NCBI GenBank assembly: GCA_004431415.1
Contig: QPMI01000175.1
Span: 1-64,000, forward strand
From: Cyanophora paradoxa CCMP329
Lineage: Eukaryota; Plantae; Glaucophyta
DNA: 64,000 nt
Direction: 5' to 3'
The notes beneath the pieces are model-generated. The model saw only the letters and a list, made by a program, of their open reading frames with translations. It ran no database searches and was not told the DNA's origin. Positions 11,043 to 21,050 of this stretch are shown piece after piece. Every line of letters begins with the position of its first letter. The stretch's first letter is position 1. Made by a program: the position numbers and the translations under genes.

Positions 11043-11352
11043 AGCACCAGCTCGACACGAATACTAGCTGTAGCACTCTTGTCATCTATCTCCTCCTGCA
11101 GTCAGCATCCCAGTATCCGGTAGGCGAGGAGCGGGGGACTGTTGTCAAGTGTGTACGAATGCAACAGGCTTTCCAAAAAAAAAGCCTATCAAACCATATA
11201 AGATAAATATAGCGACTCGGATGGCCCGCGTGAAAGTGCGGCTGCACTGCATATGAACCTCTGTGCGACACGCGTACGCTCGAGCTCGTGCGTATGCCGG
11301 CGCCGTCTACATGTATGTACTACGGGATACGGGATGCGCGAGCTCCATTCGC

Positions 11353-12462
11353 CTACTCTCCGACTCGTAGAGCATGCGCGTCGCCGTCGGCGTCCACCTC
11401 GACGCGGATCGCCCCCGCGTCACCAGCGCGCGGCTCGCCGGAGATCGCCGAAAAATCCTCTGTGAGTTCGCGCATCACCCGCAGCTTCTTGCTCACCCCG
11501 CTGCTGCGGCACTTGGACTCGAGGAGCATCTGAAAAGCTTTGGCGACGTTTTCGTTCGGGAATCCGTGCGCGACGGCCCGAATCTTCCAGGGGCCTCGGT
11601 CGCGCGTCATGTCCAGGAGCCCCGACCCGCGCAGCTCCGCAAATTTGCGCTTGAGATTGCAGCAGCAACCCACGTAGGCAGAGCTGGGCTTGGCGCCGCC
11701 GAGGAGAAACACGACGGGCTGCTTGCAGCCAAATTTCGCGGAGAGCTCCGCCGCGCCCGAGAGGGATTGGGCGGCGGGGGAGCTCTTGTCGGTGCGCATG
11801 CCGTCCACGTCGCCGCGGGCGGGGCCTGCCGGGACACCCGCGCTAGCGCTGTGGGCGCCGGAGTCCGAATTAGAATTCGGAGCTTGCAGATCCGGCCCGA
11901 TGACTGCGCGCGCCGGAGATTGCGCGCGCGCATGCGTTTGCTGATCATGATCATGACTGGCCACTGGCGCACCGCGTGTACCCTCTTGATCGGTGCAGAC
12001 GTCGACGTTGCGCGCCGAATCCGGACCGGTGCTCCCGGCCTCCTCGCGCTCGCGCCTGAGCTTGTCGCGATCGGCGTCGACATCTGCGCGGTCCGACTCC
12101 GGCTCGCGATCGGCCTCCCGATCCGTGGACGCGGTCGCAGCGGTAACTGCAGCTGCCGCCGCAGCCTCGGGCTTGAGGTCGCCCTCTTCCGCGCCGCCCG
12201 TGCTCGCGCACGTGCTTGCAAGCGCCGACGTCGGCACATGCACATGCACATGTGCATCGGCACGGACGGGCTCGAGAAGATTGTCCTTGCCTGACAGCGG
12301 AGATCCAGATTCGAGCTCGAGCTCGCGATCGTCGATGCGCGTACCGCCAGAGTCGATGTCCCTATTTTGTGCGAGCGTCGCGACAGCGCCTGCAGCATGC
12401 ACGGGAAAAGTGCGTGCGTCGAGGGCGGGGGGGCCCAGGGGGCTGGAAGGTCTGCTGGCCAT
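11353..12462 (-). CDS. SLX1-like GIY-YIG nuclease-domain protein with a long low-complexity N-terminus (probably catalytically degenerate)
   Basis: The C-terminal VVFLLGGAKPSSAYVGCCCNLKRKFAELRG...RDRGPWKIRAVAHGFPNENVAKAFQ aligns by eye with the SLX1 pattern VYLL..YVG.T.NP.RR..QHNG...RPW....V.GFP....AL.FE. Intronless. Start chosen at MASRPSS (12462); the ORF is open to 12663. Confidence 0.7.
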   Translation of the reverse strand: MASRPSSPLGPPALDARTFPVHAAGAVATLAQNRDIDSGGTRIDDRELELESGSPLSGKDNLLEPVRADAHVHVHVPTSALASTCASTGGAEEGDLKPEAAAAAAVTAATASTDREADREPESDRADVDADRDKLRREREEAGSTGPDSARNVDVCTDQEGTRGAPVASHDHDQQTHARAQSPARAVIGPDLQAPNSNSDSGAHSASAGVPAGPARGDVDGMRTDKSSPAAQSLSGAAELSAKFGCKQPVVFLLGGAKPSSAYVGCCCNLKRKFAELRGSGLLDMTRDRGPWKIRAVAHGFPNENVAKAFQMLLESKCRSSGVSKKLRVMRELTEDFSAISGEPRAGDAGAIRVEVDADGDAHALRVGE

Positions 12463-12846
12463 GCATATGGTCGTGCACGTGCCAGCGGGATTAATATTCT
12501 TGCGATGCGTGCCGGACTTGGTCATCATCCGATCCGCACCACAGCACCCGTGGCCTCGACGTCTAGATCTGGCCATAGGCGGGCCCTGGGTGCTTATAGC
12601 CACGTGCACCGACGTCGCCTCCCAGAGTCTGCTCTCGCCCCGGGCCGAGCTCGAGGACGACATCTACATTCCAGCCCTGCGCGTTCTTATATTATGATGA
12701 CATCGCATGTATACATATTGAGTATACGTTTGAATTCATTGTTTCAATCAACACGTGCCCACGCCTTTGTCGGCGTTGCAACTGGCCCTCTGGCACCGGG
12801 ATATAAGCGTGTCGAGCACTGCCATCCATCATTCCACAGTCCGGAA

Positions 12847-13353
12847 ATGCAAGCCAAGACCTGCCCGCACCCTTTCGTCGCGTCCACGCCCGAGGGGCCG
12901 GTGTGCACCGTCTGCGGCGCGTGCGTGGGCGTCGCGTTCGAATTCGAGTTTGAGGGGCGAGGATACGCAGGCTCTAGGGTCGTCGATTCGTTCAACGAAC
13001 GCGACGCGCACGGGCCCGGAACCGACGGCCGCGGCGGCGGCTCGACGACGTCGCCCAATTGCAAGGCCCACCGAGACGGCCGAGATCTAGAGCTGCTGAC
13101 CGCCTTGCGCGAGACGGCGGAGCGCATGTCGCTCCCACGGCCGAGGAGCGCCGCGCGCCGGGCCCTCGGCATCCTGAACGAGTCGGGGTCCCACGTCAAC
13201 TCTGACGCGGAGCCGGATGGCCATGGCCATGGGCGCACCGCCGGCCGCGCGTACGGGGGCCTCGCCCTCCGTGCCGCCCTCTACGAGGCCGCTCGGCTCC
13301 GTGCCGTGTCTCGCGCAGACCGTACCCCTCGCTGCTCGCATATGCACGCGTAG
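12847..13353 (+). pseudogene. Short TFIIB-like gene, copy 1 (Zn ribbon + first cyclin repeat only)
   Basis: MQAKTCPHPFVASTPEGPVCTVCGACVG...LLTALRETAERMSLPRPRSAARRALGIL...LALRAALYEAAR, then an early stop. TATA-like GATATAAG at ~12800. Confidence 0.65.
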
Positions 13354-13768
13354 CCTTGTACACGTGTGTCGAAATTTTCATTTAGACGTGGAAACAAACC
13401 GTTTGAACGGAATTCACCTGCTTTGTTCTCGTCACACGACCGTGCATGCGGCAGCGATTCTTCGAGTCGTTGGCGTCGTGCACGTGCACGTGCACGCGGC
13501 CCATGCATATGACCACGTGCACATATGCCGGGTCGCCAGCGCTGATCGTATAATGCGTATACATGAGCACGCTCGAGGACGACATCTACATTCCAGCCCT
13601 GCGCGTTCTTATATTATAATGACATCGCATGTATACATATTGAGTATACGTTTGAATTCATTGTTTCAATCAACACGTGCCCACGCCTTTGTCGGCGTTG
13701 CAACTGGCCCTCTGGCACCGGGATATAAGCGTGTCGAGCACTGCCATCCATCATTCCACAGTCCGGAA

Positions 13769-14269
13769 ATGCAAGCCAAGACCTGCCCGCACCCTTTCGT
13801 CGCGTCCACGCCCGAGGGGCCGGTGTGCACCGTCTGCGGCGCGTGCGTGGGCGTCGCGTTCGAATTCGAGTTTGAGGGGCGAGGATACGCAGGCTCTAGG
13901 GTCGTCGATTCGTTCAACGAACGCGACGCGCACGGGCCCGGAACCGACGGCCGCGGCGGCGGCTCGACGACGTCGCCCAATTGCAAGGCCCACCGAGACG
14001 GCCGAGATCTAGAGCTGCTGACCGCCTTGCGCGAGACGGCGGAGCGCATGTCGCTCCCGCGGCCGAGGAGCGCCGCGCGCCGGGCCCTCGGCATCCTGAA
14101 CGAGTCGGGGTCCCACATCAACTCTGACGCGGAGCCGGATGGCCATGGGCGCACCGCCGGCCGCGCGTACGGGGGCCTCGCCCTCCGTGCCGCCCTCTAC
14201 GAGGCTGCTCGGCTCCGTGCCGTGTCTCGCGCAGACCGTACCCCTCGCTGCTCGCATATGCACGCGTAG
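13769..14269 (+). pseudogene. Short TFIIB-like gene, copy 2
   Basis: Near-identical to 12847-13353. Confidence 0.65.
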
Positions 14270-14571
14270 CCTTGTACATGTACACGTGTGTCGAAATTTT
14301 CATTTAGACGTGGAAACAAACGGAATTCACCTGCTTTGTTCTCGTCACACGACCGTGCATGCGGCAGCGATTCTTCGAGTCGTTGGCGTCGTGCACGTGC
14401 ACGCGGCCCATGCATATGACCACGTATGCCGGGTCGCCAGCGCTGATCGTATGATGCGCATACATGACCACGCGCGAACTTGGAACTTTGATTTCTGACG
14501 CGGTCGGCCCGATTGCAGCGAGGGATAAAAGACGACGCGATCTCTCTCGTACCGCATTTCACAGACCGGAA

Positions 14572-15540
14572 ATGGAATCCAAGACCTGCCCGCACCCTTT
14601 CGTCGCGTCCACGCCCGAGGGGCCGGTGTGCACCGTTTGCGGCGCGTGCGTGGGCGTCGCGTTCGAGGGGCCCGGCGCTGCGCACGTACACGCGGGCATG
14701 GGGGAATGTGCGTGGAATGCACATGGGCAAGCACGTGCACGTGTGCTTTGCAACGCCAATGCGGCGCGCTCGCGGGCGACGGACGCCTCGGCCGCGGCGC
14801 CGGCCAGAGGCGAGCTCGAGGGCGGGGCGCGGTGCCGAGCGCGCTCCGCGTGCGCGGACCGCCAGAACCTGCTCGCGACCGTGCACGATATTGCGGAGCG
14901 CATGTCGCTTCCCGAGAGCGTCGCGCTCCAGGCCTTTGAAATTCTGTGCGAGTCCGACGAGCGCACGGGAATCGTCAACGGGCGGCGCTACGACGTCCTC
15001 GCCATCGCCGCGCTGTACGCCGCCGTCCAGATTCGCGGGATCCCCCGCCTCCTCCGGGAGTTTCTGGAGCAGGGCGACCTGTGCGCGTGCGGCGGCACGG
15101 CCTCTTTCACTCGGGGCGAGCTGCAGCGCATGATCCGCTCCCTGAGCGCACAATTCGGTCAGCAAATGGTGGCAGGGTACGGCATGACGGAAGAGATCAT
15201 CCGTTCCATAGGACGACGCATTGAATTCGACCGAGCGACCATTGCCCGCGCGCAGGAGCTCTTCCGAACCGCAGCGAGCCGTGCCCCCCGCCCATTTTCG
15301 AGGTCGCCCGAAAGTCTCGCCGTCGCCGCCCTGGCCCTTGCGAGCAAGCCGTCGACGCCGCGAGCGCAATCGACGTCGGCTTTGACCCGACGCTGGAGCT
15401 TTCGCAGGATCTCGCACGCGGCGGGAGTCTCGCCGACGGCGGTGCGCGCGGCCGCGCGCGATTTCAAGGAGCGGTTAGCGGCGCAGGACACTCGGCCATG
15501 CCCAGCCGCGGCCGGCGCCGCGGGCGCCGCCGTACCGTAG
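14572..15540 (+). CDS. TFIIB/TFB-like transcription initiation factor, intronless, 322 aa
   Basis: Zn ribbon CPH-x(11)-CTVCG. Cyclin repeat 1: VHDIAERMSLPESVALQAFEIL...GRRYDVLAIAALYAAVQIRGIPRLLREF. Cyclin repeat 2: IARAQELF...RSPESLAVAALALA...SFRRISHAAGVSPTAVRAAARD (HTH). Confidence 0.88.
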   Translation: MESKTCPHPFVASTPEGPVCTVCGACVGVAFEGPGAAHVHAGMGECAWNAHGQARARVLCNANAARSRATDASAAAPARGELEGGARCRARSACADRQNLLATVHDIAERMSLPESVALQAFEILCESDERTGIVNGRRYDVLAIAALYAAVQIRGIPRLLREFLEQGDLCACGGTASFTRGELQRMIRSLSAQFGQQMVAGYGMTEEIIRSIGRRIEFDRATIARAQELFRTAASRAPRPFSRSPESLAVAALALASKPSTPRAQSTSALTRRWSFRRISHAAGVSPTAVRAAARDFKERLAAQDTRPCPAAAGAAGAAVP

Positions 15541-15682
15541 TGCGCGTGAGCGAGGCGGCTGGCGATATCGATGGCGATCGCGCGCGAGGCTGAGCTCGCG
15601 CATGCGTGTGATCGCGAATCGCGAGGCTCGGGGAGGAGGGCAGGCGCGCTTCTACAGCTAGCCATATGTATTTATGCAGATG

Positions 15683-16050
15683 CCGTCGCCCGCCACGACA
15701 CCGCCCTCCAGCGCCGCACCCCTCGAGCTCTCGAGGGCGACGAGCTCCTCGGCCCCTTTAAAAACACTTGTCGGGGCGTACCAGATCCTCTGCGCGCACC
15801 CCGCCGTCCGCATCGCGGTCCTCGCCGACGTGGACGCGTAGAGCTGTAGATGTAGGCCCGTGTATCCGAGGCCCCGCGTGTAATCGATATCGGAAATCGG
15901 ACTCGATTTCGTTGCGATTAATTGGACTCTTGAATGCCAGTACTAGTGGAGGCGCTGTGCACGCAGCCGCCCTCGCCGACGTGGAGGCGTAGAGCTCTAG
16001 ATCTCCTGTGCACTCACACTCGCAATTGCAATCGACTCTGTTGGGCCATG
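15683..16050 (+). repeat. Orphan duplicate of the 3' end and downstream region of the helicase gene
   Basis: Matches ~16925-17263 (GAGGGCGACGAGCTC...GTACCAGATCCTCTGCGCGCACCCC...GACGCGTAGAGCTGTAGATGTAGGCCCG...GACTCTGTTGGGCCATG). Confidence 0.85.
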
Positions 16051-16380
16051 GCGTCGGGCCGACGCCCCCGATCGGGAGCTCGTCCGATGGTCTCTGAATT
16101 CGCACGCGCGTCCGCGTGTAGCTGTATATAGGAGTTCGAACGCGGGCGCTCGTATGATCGTCGACGCAGGGCCGTCCGATCATGAGCGACCGCGAGGGGC
16201 GTACCCGTCCCCGTCAACTCTTTGGAAATTCGAATTCTCGCGGGGCCCGCCGCGGCCCGCAGTATAAAAGGCGGCCCCGAGCGAGCTCCGCACTGCAAAC
16301 CGCGGCCGTGCACCCTAGCACGCTCGCACCCGTCGCGTCAACGTTTCCAAGTTAGCGCGACGCGCCGAGCCATCACGATC

Positions 16381-17064
16381 ATGGCGATCGCGACGCCGCG
16401 TTGGAACATCGACCTCGCAAACCCTGGCGACGCGGTGTACGTCGGGCGCGCCGACACCGTTCTCGTCCGCGTGCTACGCGACCAGGGCTTTGCCGACAGG
16501 CGGATCCTCGCCGTCTTCGCCCTCTACGGCCGCGCCCTCGTCGGCGGAGGCAACGACGGCTTCCGAAAGACGGCGCTCTCCATCGAGGGGCTCACCGTCA
16601 CGGGAAAGACGCTCGCCGTCAACTGCCTGACCACCGTCGCCAAGCTGCTGCTGCCCGGCGGGGCCGACGCCGTCGTGGATGTCGGCGAGAAAGAGATGAA
16701 GAACCGCAAGTTTGCGCAATGGACCACGACGCGCTGCGAGACGGCGCGCGCGCTCGTCGTGCGCGAGGAGCCGCTGTTCTCCACCGCGCGCCTGGGCCGC
16801 ATCTGGGACGGCGTGACGAAGACGCTCGTCGTCGTCTCGAACAGAGGGCTCGCGTTCCAGCGCGCCGCCGCCGCCGCCGCCGCCTACGAGCACCGCTTCC
16901 TCCGCATCCGGTTCGGCACCCCCATCGCCGTCCACGACACCTCCCTCGAGAGCCGCATCCCTCTCGAGGGCGACGAGCTCCGCGGCGCCTTTGTCGAGGC
17001 GTACCAGATCCTCTGCGCGCACCCCGCCGTCCGCATCGCGGTCCTCGACGACGTGGACGCGTAG
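16381..17064 (+). CDS. Stand-alone SF3 (D5-type) helicase/ATPase domain protein, 227 aa
   Basis: YGRALVG, Walker A IEGLTVTGKT, Walker B-like LVVREE, motif C VVVSN, then HRFLRIRF and HDTSLESRI..E, the order seen in the C-terminal domain of D5/P4-type primase-helicases. TATAAAAG at 16263. No primase domain. Confidence 0.7.
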   Translation: MAIATPRWNIDLANPGDAVYVGRADTVLVRVLRDQGFADRRILAVFALYGRALVGGGNDGFRKTALSIEGLTVTGKTLAVNCLTTVAKLLLPGGADAVVDVGEKEMKNRKFAQWTTTRCETARALVVREEPLFSTARLGRIWDGVTKTLVVVSNRGLAFQRAAAAAAAYEHRFLRIRFGTPIAVHDTSLESRIPLEGDELRGAFVEAYQILCAHPAVRIAVLDDVDA

Positions 17065-18027
17065 AGCTGTAGATGTAGGCCCGTGTATCCGAGGCCCCGC
17101 GTGTAATCGATATCGGAAATCGGACTCGATTTCGTTGCGATTGGACTCTTGAATGCCAGTACTAGTGGAGGCGCTGTGCACGCAGCCGCCCTCGCCGACG
17201 TGGAGGCGTAGAGCTCTAGATCTCCTGTGCACTCACACTCGCAATCGACTCTGTTGGGCCATGAGCGATAACAATCGACTCTGTTGGGCCATGAGTGATA
17301 ATTGTAGGCCGGGGAGGCAAACTTAGAGGTCGGTTTCTGTCGACGTCTCTGCGCTGGCAATTGTTTGCGTAATTGAGAACATCGACTTGCAATTGCGAAA
17401 CATACATATGCATATGTGCGGGTTGAGCTTGCAGATGTCTAATCGATAACAATAATACATCGCAGCAGCTGTAGCTGTAGCTACAGCTATCTAAATGCGT
17501 CGGATGTGAATTCGAGGTGAGCATGAATTCGAGCGAATTCAACTCTGAGCATGAGCAAACATCGAATTATGTAGCCAGGTAATAATGTGAGCGTTCAAAT
17601 TAATAATATTTGAATGTGGCCAGGTGCAGACATACGAAACCGTCCATGCATCTGGGAGCCCGAGCGCGGCTAAAAGCAGGCGTGCCGGACGCATGTGCAG
17701 GCCGTTCTAGACGTGCGAGGTGGCACAAAATCAACGCGTGCTCCAGCTCGCCGATCGCGGGTCGAGCTCCCCGCAGTGCACGTGCACCCCGGTTTATATA
17801 GCTACGCCCGCACACGCATACAATTGCAAGGAGCCCAAGTCAGCAGCAGCGGTCAACGTTGCACCCGCAACCGTTGAACGTCGACGCAGTGAAACGATCC
17901 ATGATCCCACTGCGAGCCTCGCGCTTGAATTCGAAGCGACGCACCCGCACACGCCGACCGTGATCGCCCGCTTCAAATTCAGACGTCGACGCGAATTGTA
18001 AAACAGCAAGATACAAAACACATACAC

Positions 18028-20776
18028 ATGTCGACTGGAAAGGGCCCCGCCGGCGCCTCCGGATCCGGATCCACCGCGAGCCCGAACTCGAAGCGGGGCG
18101 CCGGCGTCGCGGCCGCTGGCGCTGGGCCCTCGAGCCCACCGTCCGCCCACGCTCTCGCGCTCGCGCGGCCGTCGTTTGACGGCCGACCGGCCAAGGTGCA
18201 GCTTCCGACGTTTATAAGCATTGGACGGGATCCGAGCCGTGCGTTTCGCCCCTCGTGCGCGCGGTGCGGCCTGGAGAGCGTGACGCCGCCGGCGTACCTC
18301 CTCCCCTGCGCCGCGGCCCGCGTCCTGGCCCGCTCGGGGGCCTCGTCCCTCGGCGAGGCGCTCGAGACGCACCCCAGCCCGACGCTGGAGGACCTGCGCG
18401 GGGGCGCGTCCTCCTCGTTCGTGTGCCTCACGTGCGCCCTCACCCTCGTCTCCGGCGCCGTACCCGATCGCCATCGCGACCCATGGCCACCCGCCGCAAA
18501 CGCGGATGCGGGGTCGACGTCCAATTTGAATCCAAAGCCGACGACGACGACGACGGAGGACGCGCCCGCGCATGCCCGCCGCTCGTTCACGTGCCCCGCG
18601 TGCAAGGAGGGGCACAGGGCCCCGGAGGATCTGCTGACGTCCTCCCGCATCGACGCCTACCTGGCGTACATGTCCTTTATCGAGGAAGGGGCCGGCAGCG
18701 CGCAGAGCTGGATCTCGTCCGAAATCGTCGCCAGGCAGGCGCTCGTCTCCGTCTGCGAGCGCGTCGCGCAGCTCGAGCTCGAGCTGCAGCATGCGCACGC
18801 GCAGCAGACTCTGAGTTCCGGATCCGCCGGCGCCGATCGCGATCCGCCCACGCACGCGCCGGCCTCGGAGGCGTCCGGCGAGCCCAAGGGCGCGGATCCA
18901 GAGGTTCCTCCGAAAGAGGCAGACGCGACGGCCTCCACCTCCGTGGCCAGCGCGAGCTCTGCGCATGCAGGCGATTGCAAGCTCAAGGCCGCCGCAAGCT
19001 CCGATCCCGATCGCGCCGGCCCCGGCTCGAGCGCCTGGAAGGGCAAGGCGCCGGTGACGCGATCTCCCGCCAATCCGAATTCCACCGCGGACCCGGCCGC
19101 AGCCGCAGCGCCCGCCCTCCCCGCAGACTCGAGCGGGAGCGCTGCGAGCGCTGCAGGGAAAGATCCGGCGGCGGATCCGGACGATGGTCGCGCCGCCGCC
19201 GCAGCTGCAGCGACGGAGAGGCTGCGAAAACGAAAGAAGCCGGATTCGGACGCGGCGGCGGCCGTGGCCTCCAGCTCCAATTCCGGCCCCAGCGCTGCTA
19301 GCTCGAGCTCGCGATCGCGATCGCGATCGGCCACGGGGGCCGGGGGCCGTGGGGCCGGGGCCGCGGGTGCCGGTACCCCCGCGAAACGCGCGCGCAGCAA
19401 GTGGGGGGCGGGGAGGACGGAGCGCAAACCCTACGAGAGCGACAAGCTCGTCAAAATCCTCTACTGCGCGTACACCCACCCCGCAGAGAATCCGGAGGCC
19501 TCGGGCTCCGAGGAGGAGGCCGGGCCGCCTGCGGCTTCAGCGGCAGGTGCAGCCGACCAAGGGGCCGAGGCGTCGACGGATCCCAAAGGCGCGGCGGCGG
19601 CCCCGGCGGCGGCGGCGCTGCAGCTGGCGGGGCCGGTCGCGAGCTCGAGCGGCGGCGGAAAGCGGGGGGCTCGGGGGGCCGACAAAGGGGCCCGTTCGGA
19701 CGCCGACGCGTCCGATTCCCCGTCCGCTTCGAATTCCAATCCGGGCTCGGGCTCCGACTCGCGCGCCGGCAGCCCCGATCACGACGTCGATCCCCGCGAG
19801 GCCGAGCTCGCGGCCGCGTGGGAAGCGGCCCTCGCGACGGCCGCCGAAGGCCCGCAGGGAGACGAGGACGAGCTCGAGGGGGGCCTCGAGGGGGCCGCCG
19901 CGGGGGAGGACTCCAAGGTGGACCCCGAGAGCCTGCCCGCGTACGAGATGGGCCTGTCGGCCGGCGTGGACATTGCCCTCGTCGGAAGGCGCCTCGACGG
20001 AAACGCCGAGGCGCGGGCGGAGCTGCTGGAGCGCGTCCAGCAGCTGGGGCGCGATCGGATCCGGGCCATCATGCTCGTCGCCGCCGCCGTGCTCGGCGCC
20101 TACGAAAAGTACAGGGACCAGCACGGAAACAACCGAAAGCTTTGGGGGTACTGGAGGAAGACGCACGTCGAAAGCAAGTACAATTCCATCCTCGGTACGT
20201 GATCGTGAGGGTGATCGCTCGCGCACGTGCACGTTTTGAATTTTGGTTTCGATTCGCTTTCGTTTCGGTCGAGATCGTCAAGTCGCTGAGCGCACGCCGC
20301 GCACTTTACGATTTCCGGGTTTCTCGCCTGCATTTAAATCTATATATATAGATCCGCGCACATCTACGCATCCCCGTTTACGCTGACTCGCAAATTTACA
20401 CGCCGGCGCAGAGGCGGTCGGCTTCCGGCTCGAGCTTCCCGCGCAGAGGACGGAAATCTACACGGATCTGAGGAACCTCGCCGAAACCATCCGCCGCTTC
20501 CCGGGCCTGGCTCGCGTCACGGGAACGGGAATCAGCGCCATCGACTTTGTCTCGACCGTCCCGCTTCTTCGAACCGCCGACGCCGAGGGCGCCAAGCGCG
20601 TCTCGGCGCGCATCTTGGACGCCGTGCGGAGCGCCGAGGGCTACACGTTTGACGAAACCGTGCTGGCGCTCGCCTCGGGGCGAGACGAAGACGACGACAA
20701 GGGGGAGGAGGGGGGCGGAGAACGCGGCGACGAGGCCTCCGAGGCCGGATCCGCGTCCGGGTCGGGAGGCGGGTGA
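18028..20776 (+). CDS. RING-finger-like protein with long Ala/Ser-rich regions; 2 exons (18028-20194, 20412-20776)
   Basis: Cys spacing CARC...LLPC...CLTC...CPAC resembles a RING with insertions, followed by a coiled-coil and an NLS-like RKRKK. Intron G|GTACGT (20195)...CTGAC branch (~20383)...GCAG| (20411) restores an in-frame continuation ILEAVGFRLELPAQRTEIYTDLRNLAETIRRFP...*. Confidence 0.6.
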
Positions 20777-21050
20777 CGCGCGGGCCAATAACTACATATC
20801 GTAGTATGCGACCCGTGTTCGAGATTCGGTTCTAGTCTGAATTTTCGGCGGCCGGCGGCGGCATGCAGCATGCACATGCCCACGATCGCGAGTCCGAGTC
20901 TCCATCTCGCCGCACGCGCTCAATGGATCGAATACTCATTTCATTTGTATACGTACACAGGGCGGGCCGGGGAGCGAGACCTCTTAAGCTTCCGCCCCCG
21001 CCCCCTCCCCGCCGCCGGCTACATACACACACACACACGTGCACGGCATC

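Larger units (their letters stand above)
12649..14470 (+). repeat. Near-identical 922-bp tandem duplication carrying the short TFIIB-like gene
   Basis: GCTCGAGGACGACATCTACATTCC begins at 12649 and 13571. The copies differ mainly by small indels. Confidence 0.95.
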
